A DNA stretch of 64,000 nt from Nitrosopumilaceae archaeon (GTDB taxonomy: Archaea; Thermoproteota; Nitrososphaeria; Nitrososphaerales; Nitrosopumilaceae), in assembly GCA_965214835.1 (NCBI GenBank), contig CBDCCK010000002.1, positions 1,600,001-1,664,000 on the forward strand, in the 5' to 3' direction. The notes under the pieces were generated by a model. That model searched no databases and was not told where the DNA came from. It saw only the letters and a list, made by a program, of their open reading frames with translations. Position 1 is the first letter of the stretch; every line of letters starts with the position of its first letter. Position numbers and translations under genes: made by a program. Positions 1-10,313 of this stretch are shown here, in pieces.

Positions 1-2
1 AT

Positions 3-413
3 AGGCTGCGAAAGCTCCCGATCGAGGATCAGAAAAGGTACCAAAATACCGCGGCCCAGAAAATCGCGCAGCTGACCGACGAGGTCGTAATCATTGATAC
101 GCACGCGTTCATCTCGACTGCCTCGGGCTTTAATCCCGGGCTTCCGGAGAACGTCCTCAAGATCATAGAGCCGTCCGTCCTCATATCTGTGTCTGCCAGA
201 CCCGAGGAGATCTACAACCGCAGGATGAAGGACGAGAAGACAAGAGACCGGGACAAGATCACCATAGACAGGGTAAAAAAGGAGCTGTCCTTCCAAGAGT
301 CCATCGTCTCGGCATGCTCGGTGCTGTCGGGGGCCCCGATCAAGACCATACTCAACGCGGAGGGAAAGATTGAAGAGGCGGCAGCCAACGTAATAAAGGC
401 AATAGGTGTATGA
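3..413 (+). CDS. adkA: Archaeal adenylate kinase (5' end outside the window)
   Basis: Frame reads DRLRKLP...IIDTHAFISTASGFNPGLP...EEIYNRR, matching the archaeal Adk signature; conserved adk-DUF106-cmk-cbf5 order. Confidence 0.9.
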   Translation, partial: RLRKLPIEDQKRYQNTAAQKIAQLTDEVVIIDTHAFISTASGFNPGLPENVLKIIEPSVLISVSARPEEIYNRRMKDEKTRDRDKITIDRVKKELSFQESIVSACSVLSGAPIKTILNAEGKIEEAAANVIKAIGV

Positions 414-1039
414 GCGTGGAGTTCGGATTCGTATTGCTGTTTGTCGAGAACCTCCTCCTGCAGTTTGACTTTTTTGGCGGGGAGCAGGGGGCGCTGGGCA
501 GCGACGACCCGATGGTCAAGGGGATAATCGCATCCATGCTTGGAATAACGGGATTTGGGATTCTACTGAACCTCTTCAACTCCGCCGTAAGAAAGAAGAT
601 GGTCGACTCTGTCAAGCTCAAGCGGATCATGAAGGAGACCCGGGCCTGGCAGAAGGAGAGGATGGCCGCGTTCAGATCCAAGGACCAGGAAAAGATTGCA
701 AAGCTCAACCAAAAGTCCTCGTACATGAACAAGATGAACATGGAGATGATGCAGATGAACATGCGCCCCATGATGATAACCTTCGTCCCGCTTATCCTGA
801 TATTCTACTTTGTGCTACCGCAGCTGTTCTCATACACGGTGGCCCTCTCACCGATCCCCCTAAACGTAATTCCCGGGGACTTTTTCCAGCTGACCTGCAC
901 CGCAGAACAGGCAGCGGATCCCGAGCACGTGTGCGAGACCGAAAACGCGCTGTACCTCTGGGCCTGGTACTTTCTATCATCCATTGCCTTTAGCGGAATC
1001 ATCATGAAAGTCACCAAAACCTCCATGGATCTTAGTTGA
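410..1039 (+). CDS. EMC3/TMCO1 (DUF106) Oxa1-superfamily membrane insertase
   Basis: TM segments, Met-rich coiled coil 'RPMMITFVP', 'WAWYFLSS'; position after adk. Confidence 0.85.
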   Translation: MSVEFGFVLLFVENLLLQFDFFGGEQGALGSDDPMVKGIIASMLGITGFGILLNLFNSAVRKKMVDSVKLKRIMKETRAWQKERMAAFRSKDQEKIAKLNQKSSYMNKMNMEMMQMNMRPMMITFVPLILIFYFVLPQLFSYTVALSPIPLNVIPGDFFQLTCTAEQAADPEHVCETENALYLWAWYFLSSIAFSGIIMKVTKTSMDLS

Positions 1040-1596
1040 GCAGGTCCGTGATCATCTCCGGCCCGCCTGCTGTGGGCAAAACGACTCTTGCCAGGGGCCT
1101 GGCCTCGGAGTTTGGCCTGCAGTATGTCGGCGGAGGCGACATTCTCAAGGACATGGCCCGGGAGCAGGGGTTTGATGCCGGCGGCGACGACTGGTGGGAC
1201 ACGCCTGACGGCATGGAGTTTTTGAACCGACGTGATGAGAATCCCGAGTTTGACAGGGCAGTTGACGGCAGGCTCTCGGAGCTGTGCAAAAAGGGGGGCG
1301 TGGTCATCACAAGCTATACCCTGCCCTGGCTGGTCGACGGCGCAATCAAGATCTGGCTTGAGGGCTCGCATGAGAACAGCGCAAAGCGCATGAGAAACCG
1401 CGACAACATGGCGGAGAGGGACGCCTTTGAGATAACAAGGGAGCGGTACGACAGGAACAAGACGCTGTACAAGAGGCTGTACAACTTTGAGTTCGGAAAG
1501 GACGCCTCGGTCTTTGACGGGATAATCAACACGGATGATCTTGACGCCGACCAGGTAATGATGGCCGCAAAATCCCTGGTAAAGAGGCTGTCATGA
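1036..1596 (+). CDS. cmk: Cytidylate kinase (archaeal type)
   Basis: P-loop ISGPPAVGKTT; 'RYKRLY'-like tail; operon context. Confidence 0.88.
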   Translation: MSRSVIISGPPAVGKTTLARGLASEFGLQYVGGGDILKDMAREQGFDAGGDDWWDTPDGMEFLNRRDENPEFDRAVDGRLSELCKKGGVVITSYTLPWLVDGAIKIWLEGSHENSAKRMRNRDNMAERDAFEITRERYDRNKTLYKRLYNFEFGKDASVFDGIINTDDLDADQVMMAAKSLVKRLS

Positions 1597-2600
1597 CGCT
1601 AAGGCAGCTGGAGGGCCTAGTCGAAATCGATCAGGACGTCACCAGCGAGGAGTTTGGGACGTACTATGACAAGCGGAGCATCGAGCAGCTGCTAGACTAT
1701 GGGATTATCCTGCTGGACAAGCCTCCGGGCCCGACCAGCCACGAGGCCGTCGCCTGGACCAAGCGAATACTGGGGCTGCCAAAGATAGGGCACAGCGGGA
1801 CGCTGGATCCGCAGGTCTCCGGCGTCCTGCCACTGGGGCTGGGCGAGGCGACCAAGGCGCTGGGCGTGCTGCTGCTCGGGCCAAAGGAGTACCACGCGCT
1901 GGGAAGGCTCCACTCGCTTCCGGCAGGTGAAAGGCTTGGCGATATACTGGGCATGTTTCGGGGGGAGATATTCCAAAAGCCCCCGCAGCGCTCGGCCGTC
2001 CTGCGGCAGACGAGGACCAGGCGCATCTACGAGCTGGACCTGCTTGAGCAAAAGGAGAGGCTGATCCTGCTCCGCGTTCTGTGCGAGTCTGGGACCTATA
2101 TCCGAAAGCTGCTGTATGACATGGGCGAGGTACTGGGATCCGGCGCGACCATGATCGAGCTGCGCAGGAGCCGCGTGAACCAGTTCCATGAGAGCCAGGG
2201 CCTGGTGACGCTGCACGAGCTGGCAAACGCGTTTGCGCTGTGGGGGGAGCAAAAGGATCCCTCGAGGCTCATCAGGCTGATCCGGCCCGTCGAGTGCGCA
2301 CTAAGCGAGCTAAGGTCGGTGGTCATCCGCGACTCTGCAGTCGATGCGATGTGCCATGGCGCGCAGCTGGCAGTACCGGGGATACTGCAGGTCTCGCCCG
2401 GCCTCAAGCGGGGCGATCTTGCCGCCGTCTACACCCAGAAGGGGGAGGCTGTAGCCCTGGCCGAGTGCGTGATGTCCGAGGCAGAAATCCGAGATGCCGC
2501 CAGGGGATATGCGTTTCAGACGCAGAGGATCATCATGGCCCCCGACACGTATCCCAAAAGCTGGCGAAGCAAGTCAGGTCACAGGCATGATTCCGGCTAG
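1593..2600 (+). CDS. cbf5: H/ACA RNA-guided pseudouridine synthase Cbf5
   Basis: LDKPPGPTSHE, GHSGTLDP, GTYIRKL, C-terminal PUA domain. Confidence 0.95.
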   Translation: MTLRQLEGLVEIDQDVTSEEFGTYYDKRSIEQLLDYGIILLDKPPGPTSHEAVAWTKRILGLPKIGHSGTLDPQVSGVLPLGLGEATKALGVLLLGPKEYHALGRLHSLPAGERLGDILGMFRGEIFQKPPQRSAVLRQTRTRRIYELDLLEQKERLILLRVLCESGTYIRKLLYDMGEVLGSGATMIELRRSRVNQFHESQGLVTLHELANAFALWGEQKDPSRLIRLIRPVECALSELRSVVIRDSAVDAMCHGAQLAVPGILQVSPGLKRGDLAAVYTQKGEAVALAECVMSEAEIRDAARGYAFQTQRIIMAPDTYPKSWRSKSGHRHDSG

Positions 2601-3057
2601 CCTGAAGATTGCACTGGTCGCCGGAATGCTGGGAGGCATGGCAGCCGCACTGGTCCTTGCAGACGTGCGCGCAAACCAGGGCGTCGAGTACGTTGAGGGC
2701 CCCTCGCTTGCAGTCCTGACCGACGCTGCCGACTATCAGAGGGGGGATGCCGTGGACATCAGGATAGTCAACTCCGGTAGCGTGCCTATCCGGTTCCATG
2801 ACGACTCCTACGGCCTCAGGATTACAGGCCTGGCAGGGATGCCGATTTTTTCCCCGCAGGCGGAAGGGGGGGCACCGCCTGTCCTTGAGCCGAGGGAGGA
2901 GCGCAGCATATCCTGGGACCAGACCGGCGGCGAGGGCGAGCAGGTGTTTGACGGCATATACAGGATCTCGGTCCACGGCCTTGATCCAGATGGGAACAGA
3001 GTCGAGCACGCAACAACAATCAGCGTATATGAGATTGATCTGACGTTTGGAAGCTAA
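2587..3057 (+). CDS. Exported Ig-like protein (BsuPI proteinase-inhibitor-like domain)
   Basis: N-terminal hydrophobic anchor; 'TD..Y..G..V.I...N.G...LEP.E....WDQ...G.Y.I' pattern; start placed at ATG 2587. Confidence 0.6.
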   Translation: MIPASLKIALVAGMLGGMAAALVLADVRANQGVEYVEGPSLAVLTDAADYQRGDAVDIRIVNSGSVPIRFHDDSYGLRITGLAGMPIFSPQAEGGAPPVLEPREERSISWDQTGGEGEQVFDGIYRISVHGLDPDGNRVEHATTISVYEIDLTFGS

Positions 3058-3101
3058 GGCATTATATAATCAGGATCAGTCCTTACCTTGTCGAAAGACG
3101 T

Positions 3102-3201
3102 GCCGAGGTCGCCTAGCCTGGTATGGCGCGCGCCTGGAAATGCATACCATAAAGCGCGTTCTCGCAAGGGAACGGGAGTTCGAATCTCCCTCTCGGCGCC
3201 A
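3102..3201 (+). tRNA. tRNA-Ser(GGA) with a 13-nt intron (3140-3152), CCA encoded
   Basis: Acceptor GCCGAGG/TCTCGGC, anticodon stem CGCGC/GCGCG, long variable arm, TTCGAAT T-loop; TATA upstream. Confidence 0.92.
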
Positions 3202-3204
3202 TCA

Positions 3205-4506
3205 CTACACCATCGACTCGACAATCTCCGAGAACCTCCACGGGCCGCACTCGTCCACGTCCTTGTCGTACTGCAGGAATCCTTCTGAGCCTAGCTGGCC
3301 TACAAGGAATGCGCAGAACGGCAGCGCGCCCGTAGCCCCCGGGGAGTTGTAGTTGAGGATGTTGAGGGACCTCTCGCGCCTTTCTAGTATCACGTCGGGC
3401 TCGAACTTTCCATCCCCGTTGATCACCGACGAGCGGATTCCCGCAAACCCCTTCCCTGTGAACTTTCTGGGGCTGATTTTTGGCAGGAATCTCCGGACCC
3501 TGTCAACCATCGCAGTCTTTGACAGTGACGAGGTAATCTCGCTTAGTGCCAGGCTCTGAAACTGGCTGTCAAAGATCGCCTTTCTCGCACCCGAATCCAG
3601 CATCTCCAGCACCTTTGGGACGAACTCCTTGATGTTCTCGATGCTGTCGTACCCGTACGGGCTAAAGACCGGGACAGCGTTGGGGCCTATCTCGCAGCTT
3701 CCGTCGACCCGGATTATCCAGTGCGGATCCAGGAACGGATACTCGGGGAACTCTGGCACCGAATAGACGCTTGCAGACGTCAGGTTGTTGTATTCTTTTG
3801 GAGCCATCCAGTACTCGCCCCTGAAATGCACGTCCGTATAGTCCCGGGCAGCCCCAAGCTTGTGTGCAATGTCCATCGCCTCTCCCCCCGCCGCGTTGAT
3901 CACAAATCCTGCATGTACCGTCTCTGAGTTGCTCAGCGATACCTGGATGTCATCCCCTCTCTCCCTTACCCCGATGGCCTTGCTGTTGAAAACAAAGCCT
4001 GCCCCCGCCTTTTGGCTGTCCTCCTTTAGGGCGCCTGTAAGCTGCCCATAGTCTACGGATCCGTCCCTTGAGCAAAACATTGCAGACTCACATGATATCT
4101 CCGGCTCCCTCTCCCTGATTTGGTTCCCGTCCAGGAGCTCCATGTCATCCTCGGTCAGGCCGTTGGCCCTTCCCCATTTTATGTACTTTTCTAGGATCTG
4201 GCTGCCTTTCTCGTCAAGCGACACCTCGATGACGCCGTCCTCCCTGAAGGGGAGTCCCTTGATGCCGGCATAGGTCTTCCACATGTCAAACCCCGCGTAT
4301 GCTGCCTTTGCAAAGATCCTCTTCTTTTCTGGGTTGTACAGGTATGGTGCATGCACCTTGCCCGTGTTTCTGCTGCTGGTATGCCTTGCAACGTCTGGCT
4401 CCTGCTCGATTACGACAATCCTCTTTTCAGGGTTGAGGTGTGCAAGAAAGTACGACAATGAAGTGCCCAGTATGCCCCCGCCTATGATGGCAATGTCTGC
4501 CTGCAT
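3205..4506 (-). CDS. FAD-dependent oxidoreductase, L-2-hydroxyglutarate oxidase (LhgO)-like
   Basis: GGGILG Rossmann motif, HTSSRNTGKVH, FRGEY, NYNSPGATG. Confidence 0.85.
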   Translation of the reverse strand: MQADIAIIGGGILGTSLSYFLAHLNPEKRIVVIEQEPDVARHTSSRNTGKVHAPYLYNPEKKRIFAKAAYAGFDMWKTYAGIKGLPFREDGVIEVSLDEKGSQILEKYIKWGRANGLTEDDMELLDGNQIREREPEISCESAMFCSRDGSVDYGQLTGALKEDSQKAGAGFVFNSKAIGVRERGDDIQVSLSNSETVHAGFVINAAGGEAMDIAHKLGAARDYTDVHFRGEYWMAPKEYNNLTSASVYSVPEFPEYPFLDPHWIIRVDGSCEIGPNAVPVFSPYGYDSIENIKEFVPKVLEMLDSGARKAIFDSQFQSLALSEITSSLSKTAMVDRVRRFLPKISPRKFTGKGFAGIRSSVINGDGKFEPDVILERRERSLNILNYNSPGATGALPFCAFLVGQLGSEGFLQYDKDVDECGPWRFSEIVESMV

Positions 4507-4679
4507 ACTGCCGCTGTGCGGCGTTCTTAGTTTAACCTTTCAGTCCTGGGGGGGGGGGTTGCCCAATTTTTTCCCGCAGGCTGGCCCGTCTGCCCCCAGA
4601 TGTGGGCAGTTTCGGAACGCAGGATGGGACATTTTTGGCCAGCTTTGCACTGTGTTATATGGAAATAATGTCCGCCATT

Positions 4680-4771
4680 GTATGTGGTCACGTCCCCTTG
4701 TTAGCTAGGCACGAAGATCACAATCATGCATCTAATTCGTGCCTGACTGATGGGGGTAGGTGACCTCGTAC
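4680..4771 (+). mobile_element. MITE-A copy (IS66-type, ~93 bp)
   Basis: Ends GTATGTGGTCAC...GTGACCTCGTAC shared with the other copies; no TSD retained. Confidence 0.85.
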
Positions 4772-5151
4772 ACCGGGATTATTCGTGCCAAGGTGTGCAA
4801 GATCTAGTCTGACCATTCAGTATTCTGTACCACATGCAATATTTTGGCACTTTGTTTGGGACTAAGTTAACGGGAGCTGATTTCTCCTGGAAAGTGTCGG
4901 GAGCTGTTATGGGCGTTCTAAATTCGTGTTTTCCACTTATTCTCACCCTGAATCCTGATTCCTACCCTATCTGCCGGGGCTTTTAATGCGTTCTGGATGA
5001 TGGTCTTCCATTTGTTATTCCCTTAGATCTCTATTCCTACCATCTGCAGGTGTATCGTCATCTGATCCTACGCGATGTCTTATGCAGTTACGGTACAGCT
5101 TACTGCCTGTACTGATTATTTGGAAGTCCCAACGTATGTGGGCTAGGACGG

Positions 5152-5440
5152 TTGCCGGAGCGAATAGACGTGGAATATCTCGGGGAGCAGGCTGATGCAA
5201 CCCTAGAGTCCATGCGGCAAGAGATAGTTGGTATCGACGGCCCGATAGCATTATCTGTCGTGAAGAGACTGGAAGCTGTAAAAGACATGGCCGTCCTCAA
5301 AAAGGGCAACGGGATTCCCGTACCAGACATGGCTGTGGAGGAATCCATAACATCTGCCGAGCGGGCGTTTTTCAGATCACGGCATGGGGCCCGAGGCAGG
5401 AAGGATCCTGGCCCGGGCGCTCGCAGATGCCGCCAACTCT
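5152..5440 (+). pseudogene. Degenerate AroQ-type chorismate mutase-like remnant
   Basis: LESMRQEIVGID...KRLEAVKDMAVLKKGNGIPVPD resembles the CM_2 motif; the last helix lies in another frame. Confidence 0.55.
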
Positions 5441-5491
5441 TACCGCCGTGCCCCCTACAAGGTTAATATCCTGTTTTTTCCAACGAGACCT

Positions 5492-5755
5492 GTGTTTCCC
5501 GACCGCTGTACCGTAAAGGAAAAGGGAAGGCAATGCGCCAGCCCGCCGGAATTCGTCATTTCCGTAACTGTGGGGTCTGGTGAGTACATGGTTGGCGTTA
5601 CATGCGGCCGCCACAAGCGCGGCGTCTCTGAAAAAATAGAGTCCCTTCAGCAAGAGGGAAAGATCCCAGACGGCAAGATCAGCTTTGAGCCGCTAAAGGC
5701 AGTAGGTACCGACTGCATCAAGGGAAGTGCCGACGATCTCATCCAAATCGGCTAG
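5492..5755 (+). CDS. Small Cys-containing thaumarchaeal-type hypothetical protein
   Basis: GTG start at 5492 (FPDRC...CASPPEF...VTCGRH...VGTDCI); TA-rich promoter upstream. Confidence 0.7.
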   Translation: MFPDRCTVKEKGRQCASPPEFVISVTVGSGEYMVGVTCGRHKRGVSEKIESLQQEGKIPDGKISFEPLKAVGTDCIKGSADDLIQIG

Positions 5756-6720
5756 TAGCCGACGGAGTAGGCCGGCTCTTTGTTTGCAATTCCAAGCCTC
5801 AGATTCCTGACCGCAACCTCTGCCATCCTCTCCCTTGTCTCCCTCGTGGAGCTTCCTATGTGCGGGGCTAGGACAACGTTTTCCATCTTGCTCAGGGGGT
5901 GGTTCCTGCCGATGGGTTCTGCCTCAAACACGTCTAGCCCCGCGCCTGCAATGATCTTCTGCCTTAGCGCAGTCACCAGGTCCCCCTCATCGACGATCCT
6001 CCCCCTTGCGGTATTGATCAGATATGACGTCTTTTTCATTTTTTTCATCAGCGGGAGGTCGATGATCCTGTCCGTCTCTGCCGTGTGTGGAACATGCAGT
6101 GACAGCACGTCGCTTTTTGAAATCAGGTTCTCGAGTCCGACGTATCTTGCCCCGAGCTTGCATTCCTTGGATCTGCCCAGCCTGGTCCTGTTGTGGTAGA
6201 TTATCTTCATGTCAAATGCAGCCGCCCTCCTTGCCAGCCCCTCCCCGATCCTGCCCAGGCCAAGGATTCCAAGGGTCTTTCCCCTGACGTCGACTCCCAC
6301 ATAGTCGTAGGCGCCGTAGATCTGCCTCCAGTCCCCCCTGCGAATAATCCTGTCTCCCTCCGTCGTCCTTCTCAGAACGTCCAGTATCAGCGTCATTGCC
6401 AGCTCTGCTGTGGCGTCGGTGAGGACCTCGGGCGTATAGCCTACCCGTATTCCCTGCTTCCTTGCATACTCTATATCGATATGATCATAGCCGACGCTGT
6501 ACGTACTGATGACCCTCAAGTCCGGGGCAGAATCGATCACCTTTTTGTCGATCCTGTCATATGGAAAGCAGATGATGCCCTCCACGTCCCTTACCCCTGA
6601 GATCAGCTCCCTTCTGGGCATTGGAATCCTTCCAGCGTGAACGCTGATCGAGAACTTTTTTCTCAATTCCTGAAGCGCAGACGGATGCAGTCTCCTTGTG
6701 AGCAGGATCTTTTTCTTCAA
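5752..6720 (-). CDS. Glyoxylate reductase / D-2-hydroxyacid dehydrogenase
   Basis: SVGYDHID, GLGRIG, INTARG, GLDVF, APHIGS. Confidence 0.92.
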   Translation of the reverse strand: MKKKILLTRRLHPSALQELRKKFSISVHAGRIPMPRRELISGVRDVEGIICFPYDRIDKKVIDSAPDLRVISTYSVGYDHIDIEYARKQGIRVGYTPEVLTDATAELAMTLILDVLRRTTEGDRIIRRGDWRQIYGAYDYVGVDVRGKTLGILGLGRIGEGLARRAAAFDMKIIYHNRTRLGRSKECKLGARYVGLENLISKSDVLSLHVPHTAETDRIIDLPLMKKMKKTSYLINTARGRIVDEGDLVTALRQKIIAGAGLDVFEAEPIGRNHPLSKMENVVLAPHIGSSTRETRERMAEVAVRNLRLGIANKEPAYSVGY

Positions 6721-6776
6721 TGTTGTATCTGGCCTACCTCAAACCATTTATAATATTTCATGGTTAAAAAAGTGAA

Positions 6777-6917
6777 ATGACCTCTGACGATTTAGAAGAG
6801 TTTGCAATCTGCGTTGAATGCGGGATTTCTATTGAAAAGTGTGTATGTGTATGTCCTTATTGTGGGGAGCGTGACAAGTGCGAGTGCGCACTGTTTGATG
6901 CTGCCACCGGTGGTTGA
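6777..6917 (+). CDS. 46-aa 8-Cys microprotein ending in ATGG (below the ORF-track cutoff)
   Basis: MTSDDLEEFAICVECGISIEKCVCVCPYCGERDKCECALFDAATGG; TTTATAA about 25 nt upstream. Confidence 0.75.
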   Translation: MTSDDLEEFAICVECGISIEKCVCVCPYCGERDKCECALFDAATGG

Positions 6918-6958
6918 TTGGAACATCATTAATATCTGATAAAATGGGAATGATGGGT

Positions 6959-8869
6959 GTGAGTGTAGATTTTTCTTGGCTGATTGGAGGCCCGCAGGGC
7001 AGCGGCGTAGAGTCTGGCGCCAACATCTTCTCCAAGGTATGTGCCAGGCTGGGCTACCAGATATTTGGCAAGCGCGAGTTTTACTCTAACATAAAGGGAG
7101 AGCACAGCTATTTTGTTGTCAGGGTGTCGGATCAGCCCATCGCATCCAACGTAAACGAGGTAGACCTCATGACCTCATTTGATGCCGAAACCATCTTCAG
7201 GCACCATGCCGAGGTCAAAAGCCCGGGGGCAATCATCTATGATTCGGAGCTAGAGGAAGTCACGACCGACAGGGTCCTGACTCTGGACTCGCAGTTCCGC
7301 GACAGGCTGCATGCGGACATGACTGCTCACGACAAGCCGTTTACCGTCAAATCCGCCCTTGAGATTGCCCAGGCGCGTGGCGTGACCCTGTATCCCGTAT
7401 CCTTTAGGGGAATCCTGGCCAGCCTTGCCGAGGAGACCCAGAACCCCAAGCTCAAGAACCTTGTAAGGATGTTCAACGTAATCGGCGTCTCCCTGTCCTC
7501 CGGGCTGCTGAGGATGCCTCCTGCCGAGCTACTAGACTCCATAGGCGACATATTTTCCAAAAAGCCGCAGATTGCCGAGCTAAACAGGAATGCTGCCAGG
7601 TACTCTTACAACCTTGCAGCTGCCCGGTTCCCCGACTTTTCAATCAGCCTGCCCGGAACCAAAAGGCAGCCGGGAACCATCCTTGTACAGGGATACGAGG
7701 GAACCTCGATTGGGAAAATCGTCTCGGGATGCAGGTTCCAGTCGTACTATCCGATCACCCCTGCCTCCGACGAGAGCGTTTACCTTGAATCCCATGAAAT
7801 CTTGGACGTTGACGGCCACAGCCCCGGCTCCACTGCGGTAATTCAGACCGAGGATGAAATCTCCGCAATCGGCATGGTCATTGGCGGGGCGCTGACGGGA
7901 ACCCGCTCCTCGACGTCGACATCGGGCCCGGGCTTTGCCCTGATGGCAGAGGCCCTGGGATGGGCGGGAATCAACGAGGTTCCACTGGTGATCACCCTGT
8001 ATCAGCGGAGCGGCCCGTCCACCGGCCTGCCGACAAGGCACGGCCAGGACGACCTGCTTTTTGCAATCAATGCAGGCCACGGCGACTTTCCAAAGCTCGT
8101 CTATGCGTCCGGGGATGTCGAGGAAAGCTTCTATGACACTGCCAGATGCTTTAACTATTCGGACGTCTTCCAGATTCCCGTGATTCACATGATGGACAAG
8201 TTCCTAGCAAGCTCGGTCGTAACCTGCAGAAGGTTTGATCCCTCCCGGGTATCCATCGAGAGGGGGAGGCTGCTGGACTCCTTTGACGGCGAACAATACA
8301 AGAGATTCGAGCTTACAGGGGACGGCGTCTCCCCGCGCTCAAGGCTGGGCATGGATAACGGCATCTTTTGGAATACCGGAGATGAGAGCGACGAGTCAGG
8401 CCACATTACCGAGGATCCCGTCCTGCGCGTGCAGATGATGGACAAGCGGATGTCCAGGCTGGACTTGATCCTGCAAAGGATCCCAAGGGACGAGCAGGCC
8501 GTATCATACGGCGTTGAGGACTTTACGGTGATCTCCTGGGGCTCCTGCAAGGGCCCGATAATGGATGCAGTCAAAATGCTGCAGGATGACGGAATCCGGG
8601 TCGGGTTCGTGCAGATAAAGCTGCTCCACCCATTCCCCTCCGAATACGTCGCGTCCCTGCTGGCACCTGCCAAGACAATAGTCGACGTCGAGGCAAACCA
8701 CTCGGGACAGCTGGGAAGGGTGTTCAGGCAAAACACCGGCCGGGAGGTCGACTATCACATCCTCAAGTATACCGGCCGCGGGATGACAAGCACGGAGATC
8801 TATGGCTCCCTTAGGCGCATTGTGGAGGGCGGGGCTGAAAAACGCGAGGTATTGATGCATGGCGCCTAG
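6959..8869 (+). CDS. korA: 2-oxoacid:ferredoxin oxidoreductase alpha(+gamma) subunit
   Basis: IGGPQGSG, YPITPAS, TSTSGPG, QRSGPSTGLPT; start inferred from TATA at about 6928. Confidence 0.93.
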   Translation: MSVDFSWLIGGPQGSGVESGANIFSKVCARLGYQIFGKREFYSNIKGEHSYFVVRVSDQPIASNVNEVDLMTSFDAETIFRHHAEVKSPGAIIYDSELEEVTTDRVLTLDSQFRDRLHADMTAHDKPFTVKSALEIAQARGVTLYPVSFRGILASLAEETQNPKLKNLVRMFNVIGVSLSSGLLRMPPAELLDSIGDIFSKKPQIAELNRNAARYSYNLAAARFPDFSISLPGTKRQPGTILVQGYEGTSIGKIVSGCRFQSYYPITPASDESVYLESHEILDVDGHSPGSTAVIQTEDEISAIGMVIGGALTGTRSSTSTSGPGFALMAEALGWAGINEVPLVITLYQRSGPSTGLPTRHGQDDLLFAINAGHGDFPKLVYASGDVEESFYDTARCFNYSDVFQIPVIHMMDKFLASSVVTCRRFDPSRVSIERGRLLDSFDGEQYKRFELTGDGVSPRSRLGMDNGIFWNTGDESDESGHITEDPVLRVQMMDKRMSRLDLILQRIPRDEQAVSYGVEDFTVISWGSCKGPIMDAVKMLQDDGIRVGFVQIKLLHPFPSEYVASLLAPAKTIVDVEANHSGQLGRVFRQNTGREVDYHILKYTGRGMTSTEIYGSLRRIVEGGAEKREVLMHGA

Positions 8870-9821
8870 TCTTTCTGACTACAAGACGGATGTACACAAT
8901 GACTGGTGTCCCGGATGCGGGGATTTTGGGATTGTAAATGCCATACAGATGGCACTGGCAGAAATGGGCATACGGCGCGACAAGGCGGCCCTGTTCTCCG
9001 GCATCGGATGCTCGGGAAAGACGTCGCATTATGTCAACGTGTACGGGGTGCACACCCTGCACGGCCGCGTACTTACGTTTGCACAGGGAGCAAAGATCGC
9101 AAACCCTGAAATGACCGTCGTCGCGGTGGGCGGGGACGGCGACGGTCTGGGGATTGGCGCCGGCCACTTTGTGGCAGCCGGGCGCCGCAACGTGGATATG
9201 ACCTACATTGTCTTTGACAACGGCGTCTACGGCCTGACCAAGGGCCAGGCCTCCCCCACCCTAAAGCTGGGGGAGAAGACAAAGTCCCTTCCATTCCCAA
9301 ATACGAACTATAGCGTAAATCCGCTGGGCCTTGCCGTGACCAGCGGCTTTACCTTCGTTGCCAGGGGGTACTCGTATGACATCAGGCACCTCAAGGACCT
9401 GATTGTCCGGGCCATCAAACACAAGGGGCTCTCGTTCCTTGACGTGCTGCAGCCGTGTCCTACCTACAACGACATCAACACAAGGGACTGGTATGCGGGA
9501 GCCGACCTGATGGAGGAGGCACAGGAAAGGCATTCGAGGATTTACAAGCTGGAGGAGACCGGATTTGACGGCATGGTGCGTGAGGATGATCAGACCGATC
9601 TTGACGAAAAACTGGCCCAGGCACTAATCAAGTCCCTAGAGTGGGGCAGCAAGATTCCGATAGGGGTGTTTTACAAAAACGACCACATCGCCCCCTATAC
9701 GCGCCGCATCACAGAAAGAATCCCAAATTACCTGGAAAACCCCCCCGCAAGGCAGGTAATCTCCGAGGACAGCTCCCCTGTCACCAACATCGAGTCGATT
9801 CTTGACTCGATGGAGGTTTGA
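8859..9821 (+). CDS. korB: 2-oxoacid:ferredoxin oxidoreductase beta subunit
   Basis: WCPGCG, GDGD TPP motif, YGLTKGQASPT, PCPTYN. Confidence 0.95.
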   Translation: MAPSLSDYKTDVHNDWCPGCGDFGIVNAIQMALAEMGIRRDKAALFSGIGCSGKTSHYVNVYGVHTLHGRVLTFAQGAKIANPEMTVVAVGGDGDGLGIGAGHFVAAGRRNVDMTYIVFDNGVYGLTKGQASPTLKLGEKTKSLPFPNTNYSVNPLGLAVTSGFTFVARGYSYDIRHLKDLIVRAIKHKGLSFLDVLQPCPTYNDINTRDWYAGADLMEEAQERHSRIYKLEETGFDGMVREDDQTDLDEKLAQALIKSLEWGSKIPIGVFYKNDHIAPYTRRITERIPNYLENPPARQVISEDSSPVTNIESILDSMEV

Positions 9822-9829
9822 GCACCTGC

Positions 9830-10313
9830 CGGGCACACGTTTCCGGCCGTATCCTGACGCGCTGGTTCGCACGCATGTGGGCAATGCGTCGGGACTGCTT
9901 GTCATGGATAGGGTAAATCCGGAGGCCTTTGGGATTGCAGGCCGGGAACGCACTGCACATACGCCGGCCAGAATTGTCGCAAGCGACTGCCAGACGGCAA
10001 GCCGCCTGTCCTCCAAGATGGCGTGTCCAATCCTTTTGGCGGATCTTATCGTCTTGGAATCATAATGCCTCATCTTTGCCCAAGCCACACCAGGAACGGG
10101 TTTACATCGACCGTGGTTGCATCATGGCCCCGGCTTGCCGCACACAATGGTGCGGTGGTACCCACGCCGCAAAACGGATCAAGTACCGAGCTGCCGGCAG
10201 GACATTGCGATATGATCTCATCGACAATCTTGACGGAATATGTCGGGGTAAGGCGCAGCCATCCGTGTGAACTTGTGAGTATAGTCGCTTCTCTGCTCCA
10301 GCGCCGCCGTCAT
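9830..10313 (-). pseudogene. Frameshifted, truncated DNA methyltransferase
   Basis: Pieces read MTAALEQRSDYTHKF / HGWLRLTPTYSVKIV...VLDPFCGVGTT...DVNPFLVWL across frameshifts. Confidence 0.75.

Noticed and set aside
3047-3352. ORFs overlapping tRNA-Ser (and likewise 10462-10692 and 40722-40913)
   Set aside because: Spurious frames across tRNA genes.
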